Below are positions 52,512 to 64,000 of a stretch of DNA of 64,000 nt, piece after piece. Source of the stretch: Vulcanimicrobiota bacterium (GTDB taxonomy: Bacteria > Vulcanimicrobiota > Vulcanimicrobiia > Eremiobacterales > Eremiobacteraceae). Each line of letters opens with the position of its first letter. Positions within the stretch are counted from its first letter, which is position 1. The DNA is taken from assembly GCA_963805945.1 (NCBI GenBank), contig CAWDVP010000001.1, forward strand, positions 128,001 through 192,000, read 5' to 3'. Both the position numbers and the translations under genes were made by a program. The notes below the pieces were generated by a model. It had not been told where the DNA came from, made no database searches, and saw nothing but the letters and a program-made list of their open reading frames with translations.

Positions 52512-55082
52512 TCCTCGTCGAGGCGCACATCGAGGGCTACGGCCGTCTCGTCAACCAACGCTTCTCCTTCGGCGAGGGGCTCACGGTGTTCTACGGACCG
52601 CAGGAATCCGGCAAGACGACGCTGGCGGATTGCATCGTGCGCCTGCTCTTCGGCTACCCTGGAGCTCAGTATTCGGCCGCGTTAGACAAGCGCCGCCCGT
52701 GGAAGAACCCGGCCACCTTCGCGGCGACGCTCGTGTACAGGCTCGACGATGGACGCGTGTTCGAGACGCACCGCGACTTCAGCACGAACGACGTCAAGAC
52801 GACCACCTTCGAGCGCCCGGTCATGCGTCCGGTCCGGGAGCTCACGGGGACGCGCAAAGTCTCTCCCGGTTCGCACTTCTTCGCGCTCTCGCTCGAGGCG
52901 TTCGAAGCGGCCGCGCTCATGCGCGCGGGTGACTTCGCCGAGCAAGGCGACGGCACGACGCCTGAGGCGCTCAAGGAGCGGATCGCTGCGCTCGTCGGAT
53001 CCGCGGGCGACTCCGGCTCGGCCGAAGCCATCGCCCGGCTCGACGATTTCGTGCGCGAGCTCGGCAGCGAGCGAGCGCCGACGAAGCCCATCATCATCGC
53101 GCGCACGGCCGCCGCGGATGCTCGCGCCGCGCTCGACGAGTTCCGTCACGACTTCGAGCGGCTGCGCGAGGACCTGGGGCGGCGCGCGCGGCTGATCGAC
53201 GAGCGCGAGCGGTTGAGCGAGCGCGCCGCCAGCCTGGAATCGCGATTGCAGGGCGCGCGGCTTGCGTCGCTGCGCGCGCGCGTCGAGACCGCTGCGAGCG
53301 CCGCCGCGGCGCTCGAGCAGGCGCAGGCGAGGCGCGATGAGGCCGGCGCCTCCCCGGCGGTGCTCGCCCGCGCGACCGCGCTCGATGCGGCGATCGACGC
53401 ATGGAACGGATCGAGATCCGCCGAGAGCGATGCCGCGTCGAATTCCCGGACGAAGGAAGACCAGCGCAACGAACTGCTGCGCCAGCTCTCCGACTGCGAT
53501 GCAACGCTCAAGGAATCAGAAGCAGGCGTCAAGCGCAACACCGATGCGATTGGGCGCCTGCGGCCCGAGGCCGGCGGTGCGACCATCTCCGCAGAAGCGC
53601 TCGACAGGCTCAGAGGCGCTCGGCGAGCTCGCCGATCAACAAGAGGCGGGGGCGCGCAACAAAGAGACGCGCGCCGCGATCGCCCGGCAGCGCCCACAGC
53701 AGGGGGCGCTTGCGTCGCTGTCCGCGCTCGCCATCGCGCTCATCGCGCTCATCGCCTGGCTCGTGAGCCACTGGCCGCTGCTGCTGATAGGCGCGGGCCT
53801 CGCGCTGTTCGCCGGGCTCCTGCTGCTCGCCCAATTCGTCTTCACGCGGCGAGGCCGGCTCGCTGCCGATCGCGCCCGCGAAGAGCGAGGCGAGCGACGC
53901 GCGCGCGGTCGCCGACAGCGCGACCGCGACACTCGCAGGCCAGTGCGCGGAGCTCGGGTGCGGCCGGACATCAAAGCCGCGCGTCGCGCGATACGCGTAC
54001 AAGCGGACATCGCCCGGTTCACGGATGCGCTGACGGCGGCCCGGCGGGAATTCAACTCGCAGGCGCTCGAGCAGCGCGCTATTCTGGAGGCGCGTTTCAA
54101 CGATTTCGACCGGTCGGACGAGCAACTCGTCAACGCGCGCCAGAAAGCCGAGCGCGACGAAGCCGCACTCGCGGCGCTGCTGGATGCGGCTGGAGACCGC
54201 GGGCGGCGACCTTGATGCGCGCATCGCCGCATTCCGCGCGTCGCGGCGCGAGATCGAGGGCGGCGTGGTGGAGGCGGAGTCGATGCTCGGCGACGCGCGG
54301 GCTGCGCTCGCGGGCGCGCTCGGCGGCGCGTCGATCGAGGAGCTGCGTGCCGAGGCGGCGGCGCTCGCCGACGAGATCGGCTCCGCCGACCAGGCCGCCG
54401 GGCGAGGTCGGCGACCCCGATGCATTGGAGACGGACCTCGCTCGCCTGCGCTCGGAGCTGCACGGCAAAGAACGAGAGATCGACCGTCTCAACGGAGAGC
54501 TGACGAACTTCGAAGGCCGCTATCATGGCGGCGCGGCGAAGCTCGAGGAGCGGCTCGCCTACTGCGAGGCCGAGGAGGCGCGACTCGTGCGCGCGCGCGA
54601 CGCGGCGTCGCTCGCACGCGGCGTCATCGACCGGATTACCGACGACGTGCACAAGAACTTCGCGCCGCACCTCAACGAGCAGGCCGCGCAAGCGCTTGCC
54701 GACATCACGAAGGGGCGGTACACGGAGGTGTCCGTCGACCCAAAGGATTTCGCGCTGCGTGTGCGGGCGCCCGAGAGCGGCGCGATCGTCGAGATGAACG
54801 CGCTCTCCACCGGTACCCAGGAACAGCTCTCGCTGTCTTTGCAGGCGTTGATCGCAAGGCTCAGCGCGCGCGATGAGCGGGTGCCGCTCATCCTGGACGA
54901 TGCGCTCGCGCATTCGGACGATCAGCGGCTGGCCCGTGCCGTCGAACGCCTCGCCGCCATCGCCGGCCATCAGCAGGTGTTGTTGTTCACGCATCGCGAC
55001 ACGGTGCTCGAAGCGGCCAGGCGCCTCAAGGACGTGACCGTCGTGCACCTGAAGTCGGCCGGGTCCGGCCAAGCGCACGTGA
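52508..55082 (+). CDS. Rad50/SbcC-like coiled-coil ATPase with central TM hairpin (YhaN-like; frameshifted)
   Basis: 'YGPQESGKTT' Walker A, 'LSTGT.EQL', 'PLILDD', 'QVLLFTH', hydrophobic segment near 53705-53845. Confidence 0.85.
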
Positions 55083-56143
55083 GCCGGGCGCTTCGACTCG
55101 GCGTCGACGCCGCAAATCTGCCGCGCGACAGGCGCGGCATGGGGCGCTACGTCCGCAGCATCCTCAACGAATTCACCTCGCGAGGACGGACCGCGTCGCG
55201 CTCACGCTGCTCGTCCCCGACCTTCTGCCGGCGCTCGCCGCGCGTCGCTATCGGGCCGGTCTGCCCGCGGACATCGCAGTCGCGCGGCGCACGCAGGCCA
55301 GACGCCTGGGCCTTGACCTTACGTGGTATCCGTGGAACGGGATGACCTGGATCGCGCCTGGGCGCAAGGTCGCCACGGTCCACGACTGCTGGCCGTTCGT
55401 CGGGCCCAACGCGAACGAGAAGATACGGGCGCAACGAGCAGACGCCGTTCCTCACAACCGCGGCGCACGCCGATCTCATCATCGCCGATTCGCAATTCGC
55501 CAAAGGCGAGATCGAACGCCATCTCGGTTTCGATCCGGCCGAAGATCGAAGTCGTGCCGCTCGGCGTGCCTCGTCTGGACGGCAGCCTGGGGTCGAGCGC
55601 GCCGGTGCAGGAGCCGTATCTGCTGTTCGTCGGCGAGGCGGACACGCGCAAAGATCTGGGAACGCTGCTGCGCGCGATGAGCCTGTCGCCCGGCGCCGCT
55701 GGGCGAGATGTATACGCTGGTGATCGTGGGCAGAGGCCAGCCCGGCGACGCCGGCGCCCCGTTGCCCGGCACGCGCGTCGTCTTCGAAGGGGTGGTGGAC
55801 GACCGCCGTCTCATCGCGCTCTACTCGTCTGCGTCGGCGTTCGTGCTGCCATCGAGTTATGAGGGGTTTGGGCTGCCGGTGCTCGAGGCGATGTCCTTCG
55901 GCGTGCCGGTCGTCGCCTCGGATGCGGCGAGCATTCCTGAGGTCGGCGGCGATGCCGCGATCTATTTCCCCTCAGGCGATGCCGGTGCGCTCGCTCGGGC
56001 GATCGAGTCGGTGCTCACCGACGCTGCGCTCGCGACGCGTTTGCGCGTCGGCCGGCCGCGCCCTGTGCGGCGGCCATTCTGTCGCTGGGGATCGCTGCGC
56101 CGATAGGACGTTAGAGATCTTCGAGCGGCTCGCCGAGAGCTAG
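55079..56143 (+). CDS. GT4 glycosyltransferase (frameshifted)
   Basis: 'LRLGVDA', 'GMGRY', 'TVHD', 'EGFGLPVLEAM..G.PV'. Confidence 0.85.
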
Positions 56144-56178
56144 CGCGGGAGTCCCGAGCTTCGGTCGGGCGCTACAGA

Positions 56179-56740
56179 CTAGGCGTCTTGGTCGACCGGC
56201 GCGAGCTCTCTGCCGCGCACCGGGCTGAGCACGAGCGCGACGAACGCGCCGGTGAGCACGCCGCCGATGTGCGCGGCGTTCGATATGCCCGGGTTGAACG
56301 CGCCGACGCCGAGCGTCAGCAGGATCGGGAGGATCGCGGACTGCAGCAGCGCGCGGCGCAGTTGGGCAGTTTGAACGCCAGGACCGCCATCGCGCCGAAC
56401 ACGCCCATGATCGCTCCCGAAGCGCCGAGCGTGTAGACGTTCTGTCCCAGCGTGCGTCGTGTAATAGGCGGCGACACTGCCGCCCAGCAGCGACACGAGA
56501 TAGATGACCGCATAGCGCGGTGTGCCGTAGCAGAACTCGACGAACGCGCCCGCCTGCAACAGCGCGATCATATTGAACAAAAGATGTTGCGGGCGCGCTA
56601 TGTCGTGCAGAAAGCCGGACGTGATGAGTCGCCACCATTGGCCATCTTGGACGAGCGGCGGGTAGAGAGCTCCGGCACGCGTCAGCGTCCCCTGCATCAG
56701 CCAGCTACGCCGTACACGACGACGCAGATCGCGATCATCG
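56179..56740 (-). CDS. Rhomboid intramembrane serine protease (frameshifted)
   Basis: 'WWRLITSGFLH', 'HLLFNM', 'GASG', 'AHIGG'. Confidence 0.85.
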
Positions 56741-57708
56741 CAAGGGTGAACGGCGCGCTGCCGAGCCCCGCGAGCGCCGCCTTCAGCGCCGCGCACAGCA
56801 GCGGGATCATGATCTCGTGGTGGCCGGTGAACATGTAGCCGCGCCCGCCGTCTGCATGCGGCCTCGTCACGACGTTCGTCCGCGGCCGGTAGTGCCGTAT
56901 GAAGTCGAAATCGGCGGTGATGAAATCGCCCTCGTGCCCCAGGTTGCGCGCCAGCGAGAGCGCCTTGAGGAAGACCTCGGGCATGATCACAGCCGATCCG
57001 AGGTTCAGGTACGCGCCGCCATCGCAGACCGCGGCGATCACGCCCGCGAACGTGCGGAAATCATAGAGCGATGCGGCGCCGAGCGCCGCGCCGTCGGCGC
57101 GCGGATGCATGTGGATGATGTCCGTGCCGATCGCGACATGCACCGTCACAGGCAGGTCGAGGGCGGCGCCTTGCGCCAGCAGCGAGATGTCCGCGTGCGG
57201 CGCTTTGGCCGCCAGCAGCGCATCGCCGAGCGCGCGCCCGAGGCCGACGGTCGGCCCGGCGCCGGCGATCGCCTCGAGGATGAAGTCGGCGGTCTGCGCC
57301 GCCATGCCGAAGGTGCCGTCGCGCAGCGCGACGTCGACGTCCTCCGAGGTCTTGCCGGCCAACGCGAGCTCCACGTCATGCACGCACACCGAGCCGTTGC
57401 ACGCGACCGCCGACAGCACGCCGGTCTTCATGAGATCGATGAGCAGCGGCGACAGGCCCGTCTTGATCACGTGCCCGCCGATGCCGGCGGCGATCACCTT
57501 GCCGGCGCGATGCGCCTTCGCCAGGGACGAGACGAGTTCGCGCAGTTCGGCCGCCGCCAACACGTCGGGCAGGCCGCGCCAGAATGCGTCGAACGACTCG
57601 CCGGCATGCGGCGGGTGCGCCAGCATGTCGAGGTTCACCTTGGAAGGACGCGTGGACAGTTCGGTCGGCTTGAGCCGCGACAGATCGAGTCGAGGAAATC
57701 CGCTTCAC
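56697..57708 (-). CDS. Conserved hypothetical protein with deoxyhypusine synthase-like fold
   Basis: 'G.HVIK.GL', 'HD.E.AL.G.TSEDV', 'HVAIGTDIIHMHP', 'GSAV..PEVFLKA', 'GHHE'. Confidence 0.7.
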
Positions 57709-58830
57709 CCCGTCGACGGTCGACTAAAGTCGACCGCTCCATGCCACTCAGAGAGATAGCGCTCGATGTGCGCTTGCAACCGCTGCCGGAACAGCGCCGG
57801 CGAGAACTGCGCGGCGTGTTCGACCAGACGCGACCGCACGAACGTCTCCGGGGAAAACGAGCGCAGCGCCGCTGGCGAGGGCGGACGCCGCTGGTTCCCG
57901 GAAAATCGAGCCGGTCTGGCCTTCAACGACCGTTTCGAGCGACCCTCCGGCGCCGAACGCGACGACTGGCCGGCCGGACGCGGCCCCTTCCAGCGCGACG
58001 AGGCCGAAATCTTCGACTCCCGGCACGATGACCGCGCGCGCGCGCGCGAAGAGCGTGCGCCGCCGCGCGTCGTCGACCTGGCCCGCGAAAACCGGATCGT
58101 CGGCCCAGCGATGCCACGCAGGCGCGCTTCATCCGGTCCCGTGCCGACGATCACGAGCGGCGCGGCGAGCGCGTTGCATGCCTCGATCGCCAGCGCGACG
58201 CGTTTGTAGGGGAGCAGCCGCGCCACCACGAGATAGTAGTCCTCCACCTCATCGGATGGGCTGAAGCCGCCGATGTCCACCGGACATGGGATGACGTCGC
58301 TGTCGCGGCCATAGCACGCGCGGATGCGCTCGGCGACGTTGTGCGAATTCGCGATGATCCGATGACCGGGCTGCGCCGCCGCGTGATCCCAGCGCCGAAG
58401 GCCGGGCAGCGCGGCACGCAGGGCCGGCCGCGCGAGCGCGGGCACCATCTAAAACGCGTACTCCTCCGGATACCAGAGAAAGCGCGTCGGCGTGTTCATG
58501 TACGAGACGTGGAGCGCGCCCGACGGGGCGCGGACGCCCTTGGCGAAGGACGTCGTCGAAGAGATGATGAAGATCCAACCTGCGCAGGTCGAGCGCTTCG
58601 AAGGCGTTTGGGTAGAGCGGCAGCAGGGCGCGGAAGCGCCGCGGGGCACCTGGGAGAGGCGGCGTCCAGCTCGTCCGGATATCGAGATCATCGAACCCGG
58701 AGCCCATCGCGCGGCGATCGTAGAGCGAGGTGTAGATCGGCGCGCTCGGATACAGCGCGTGCATCTCGCGGAGCACGCGCTCGGCGCCGCCGAGCTGGGT
58801 CAGATAGTCGTGGACGAACGCGACGAGCAC
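57705..58830 (-). CDS. GT4 glycosyltransferase (frameshifted)
   Basis: 'VHDYLTQLGGAERVL', 'RLLPYKR', 'EDFGLVALE..A.G.PV'. Confidence 0.85.
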
Positions 58831-58845
58831 GCCGCTCGCGGGGGT

Positions 58846-60180
58846 TAGCGGCCCGCCGAAGTGGGCAGCACGACCGCCACCGTCTCGTCGGTCAGGTACT
58901 GCTTGGCCACACGCTCGACGTCCGCTGCGCTGACCGCGCCGTATGCGCGACGCCAACCCGTTTTCGAACGCGACGCCGTCCGGCGAGCCGGCCGAGCGCC
59001 CGAGCAGCCATGCCGCATCCGACAGCGACGTCACGGAGAGATAGTAATCGCCGAGCGCGAGCTGTTTCGCCCGCGCGACGAGTTCGGCGGGCAACGGCTC
59101 GGAGCGCAGTCGCGCGATGCCCATCTCGACCTGGCGCAGGGCCGCGTCGACGCCGCCCGTTCCGCCGTTGAGGAAGATGACGAACGAACCCGGACTCGCC
59201 TCGTATTGATAGAACGCGCCGACGTAGTTGCCCGCATCCGGGAAGCCGCCCGAACCGAACGACAGCGCGTGGACATCGCCGCCTCGGCCCAGGAGCGCCT
59301 GGATGACGAGCATCGCCGGGAAATCATTCGAGTACTGCGAGGGCGCGCCGTAGCCGATAGCGAGCCACGGCGCCGCGATGTCGCGGTGCGCCACGATCTC
59401 GTGTTGGCGCTTGTCGACGGTCGGAACCGGCGCGGCGGGCGCGGACGGGGCGGGCATGCCGGAAAACGCGTCTCTGGCGGCGTCGAACGCCTCGGGCGAC
59501 AACGCGCCGGTGAGCGCGATGACGGTGCCTTTGCCGTGCTGATACGACGCGGCGAAGCTCTGCACGTTCTCCGCGCGGTCAGATGAGCGAGCGTGAGCGC
59601 TCGGCCGCCTTGCGGGTACGCGAAGCCGTTGCCTTGATAGCGCACCTGCCGGACCATCGCGTACGCGGCGAGCACGGGGTTCTTCTCCGCGTCGCGCGCG
59701 GCCCGAGACACCTCATCGCGCGCCGCGGCGACCTGCGTCCGCGTCGGGCGCGGCGAGCGCCTGGGCGAGCGAGCGAAACAAGCCGGCAGCGGTCCGTGCG
59801 CGGCATTCGATCTGGAAGCGCGTCGCGTCGGGATCGACGGTGTACACGACGTCGCCGCCCTCCGCAGTGACGGGATCGGCAAGGCTTGCGCCGCCCGAGA
59901 CCGGCGTGCGCAGCACGGTCGCTGCCGTGACCGCGGCGATGCCGGCTTTGTCGGCGGTCTGTTGCGCCAGGCCGCTCGGGACGAACACCTGAGCGCTGGC
60001 GATCGGCGCGTCATTCGACACCTGCGCGAGCACCACCACGCCGTTCGGCAGCGTTGTCACCGTCGCAGAGGGGAAGTATTGATCCTGATGCTCCGGCGCT
60101 GCGCCCATGAGCGCGCTCGCGCACGCGACCGCCGCGACCAGCGCCGCGCAGCGGCCAAAGGTGATCCTGCCGGCCATCAT
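58846..60180 (-). CDS. Secreted M16 (insulinase)-fold protein lacking HxxEH (frameshifted)
   Basis: Signal peptide, 'TTLPNG..V', 'G......KAGIAAVTA', 'D.PA..V...LLG'. Confidence 0.7.
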
Positions 60181-61580
60181 CGTCCTCTCCGCGCCGCGCT
60201 CGAGCGGCCTGCGGTCATGCTCGTGGTCGCCGGCGTCGAGGGGTGCGGTGCCACGGACGCGCTCACCGGATCCGCGCCGAGATAGGTCTTCGCCGCGGCG
60301 AACACCGCGTCGGGCGTCAGCGCTGCGACCCGTTGGAAGTAATCCCCGTTCAACGCCATGTCCGTGACGGACGGCGCGTAGGCCGGCGCGCCCTGCGCGA
60401 AATACCAGCCGTAGTTGTCGGCGAGCTGCATCGGGGTCTGGGCGTCGCGCAGCGTGCGCGTGCGGAAGGCCTCGAGCGCGAGCGCGAACTCCTTGGCCGG
60501 TAGCGGCCCCGCGAGGACGTGCTCGAGGGCTTCTGCGCATGGCGCGATTCATGTCGTCCGCCTTGAGCCCTTCGCCGGTGATCGTCATGTAGAACACGCC
60601 GCTATCGCGGAGCCGCTGACGAACTGCCCGCTGAAGTCCGCGTTCGGATCCGCGTCGTTGACCGCTCGTGCGATCACGCCGGAGTCCGGACGGGTGAGGT
60701 AATCCGACAAGAAGTCCATCGCGGTCGCCGCGCTCTCGTCGCTGATCGGCGGACCGATCCACCCCAGCGCCACGCCTCCGACATCGGCGAAGCCGGCGTT
60801 CACGCTGGCGCCGCCCGCCGGCGCTCGAGGAGACGCCGGCATCGAGGCTGCGGCGCCCGAAGTGGGCGCTGGCATCCGCGACAAGCTTGGCAAGCGTCGC
60901 TTCGTCGATGCCGCCGCCCACCGCCACTACCATCTAACGCTCCGGCACGTATGCTTGTGCGGCGAACTCCTGGCGCATCGGCGAGCGTGAACGCTCGAAG
61001 GTCCTCGGGGCCTCCGTAGGTGGACGCGCGGAACGGGCCGCCGGTGAAGAGCTGTTTGAAGAGCGCGTCGCGCAACACGACATCGGCGGTCGCGGATGCG
61101 ATCGCCTGCTGCTTCGCCATCCGCGCCTTTGCCTCGATCAGACCTCCTTGATCGACCGCTGGATGCAGCGTCCGGTCGAGCAGGGCGGCCATCAATTGAT
61201 CCTGCGCGCTCGCCGGCGCGAGCACCGTGATCTCGGTGGAGCTCGGGAAGACGGAGACGGTGAGCTGGCCGCCGGCCGCGCGCACCGCGTCGCGCAACGA
61301 AACGCCGTTGACCCTCGCCGCGACGATGCTCAGCGCCGTGAGCCGCGCAAGGCCGGGCTTTGAGGCGGCGTAGCCGTCAGACGGGCACGCGATCCACAAC
61401 TCGAGCGCGGCACTGGGCGACAAGGTGGCGCGGCGGACCAGCAGGCTCAGTCCGTCCGGCAACACAGTATGCGCCGGGAGCCAACGCGGCTCCGGCTGGC
61501 GCGGCTGCGCGCGCACCTAAAGCGGCGCACGACATCGCGGCGACAAGGGCGAGCGCGGCTGCGCCGCGGCGGATGGTCAT
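60177..61580 (-). CDS. Secreted M16 (insulinase)-fold protein lacking HxxEH (frameshifted)
   Basis: Signal peptide, 'LPDGL.LLV', 'KPGLARLTALS', 'G.PEDL..FT..D'. Confidence 0.7.
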
Positions 61581-61620
61581 CGTCTGGGAGCCTTCCCGTT
61601 CATGTGGCGGGCCGACCTTT

Positions 61621-61699
61621 TGTAGCGGTCGAATCGATTCGACCGTTTTGCCGGCCTTGAGGGTCTCAAAAGGGCCCGACCTGAAGGTCGGCCCCTACA
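61621..61699. repeat. Inverted pair of REP-like palindromes (REPIN-like); family dispersed across the window
   Basis: TGTAG-CGGTCGAATCGATTCGACCG ... GGGCCCGACCTGAAGGTCGGCCC-CTACA. Related copies at about 10490, 12306, 25285, 29856, 32545, 40000, 40028, 49191, 49491, 56153 and 57717. Confidence 0.75.
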
Positions 61700-61706
61700 T
61701 CTACGT

Positions 61707-63648
<1,942 letters not shown>

Positions 63649-63840
63649 CGCTTGATTTCTTTCTCAGTCCGGCCCTTGAAGAGCGCCTACCTTATATATT
63701 ACGTACTGTCGGGCCCGGAAGTTTACCATGATGTGGGATTTGAGCGCCTTCTGTGCGGAGGAAAGGGTACCCTACATAGGGACACGGGCGTCAGGAGTGC
63801 CCAGGGCCACAAACGACGCACTTTGAGCGGCCCTTTTCGG

Positions 63841-64000
63841 TCAGGAGCAGCCCTCGACGTATTCGACCTGCGGCAGCGCGCCCGCGATGATGGCTTGCAC
63901 CACGCCGCCTTTGAGCTTGAAGATGATGCGGTACTTCGCGTCGGCGCCGCCTTTCGGAGCGATCGTCGCGGTCTGCGTGCTTGGATCGTATTTGTCGGGC
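63841..64000 (-). CDS. 3' end of hypothetical protein (partial)
   Basis: ...KYRIIFKLKGGVVQAIIAGALPQVEYVEGCS* with coding-like codon usage. Confidence 0.55.
   Translation of the reverse strand, partial: PDKYDPSTQTATIAPKGGADAKYRIIFKLKGGVVQAIIAGALPQVEYVEGCS

Noticed and set aside
51362..55345. 1327-aa nuclease-ATPase-glycosyltransferase fusion in the ORF track
   Set aside because: The frame passes through off-frame Arg/Ala-rich stretches, and GTGA-type overlaps at 52508 and 55079 indicate three genes joined by indels.
58249..59565. M16-glycosyltransferase fusion ORF
   Set aside because: Junction arises from a frameshift near 58940; the M16 C-terminus ends at about 58846 in another frame.

Overview
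GC-rich bacterial chromosome segment. The lineage is inferred, not proven: outer-membrane TonB/ExbBD machinery together with Firmicutes-like gene order and a GAAC-N4-GTTC LexA box suggests Candidatus Eremiobacterota (Vulcanimicrobiota/WPS-2) or a related diderm Terrabacteria lineage. The window holds a complete minus-strand 16S-23S-5S rRNA operon. Its 23S gene is split by three compact (278-286 nt), ORF-less group I introns at E. coli-equivalent positions L1931, L2500 and L2593. The L2500 and L2593 ribozymes are close sequence paralogues, and the neighbouring exons carry two compensatory base-pair swaps in normally highly conserved helices (H69, H90). The rest is mostly housekeeping: a minus-strand run rho-rluB-aroH-aroF-tyrA, TonB/TPR-exbB-exbD-exbD-tonB-uppP-tonB-exbD, moaC-mog-folC-folP-folB-accB-accC-nusB-PBP1A-xseA-xseB-tlyA-nadK-recN. 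Also present are a TonB-dependent receptor locus, a LexA-boxed leaderless gene of unknown function, a yabE-like gene with rsmA, a YhaO/YhaN-like nuclease/ATPase pair, glycosyltransferases, two M16-fold proteins lacking HxxEH, ftsH, and a dispersed GTAG/GGAG-type REP palindrome family. Many genes from about 23.9 kb onward carry single-base frameshifts, most likely long-read consensus errors.
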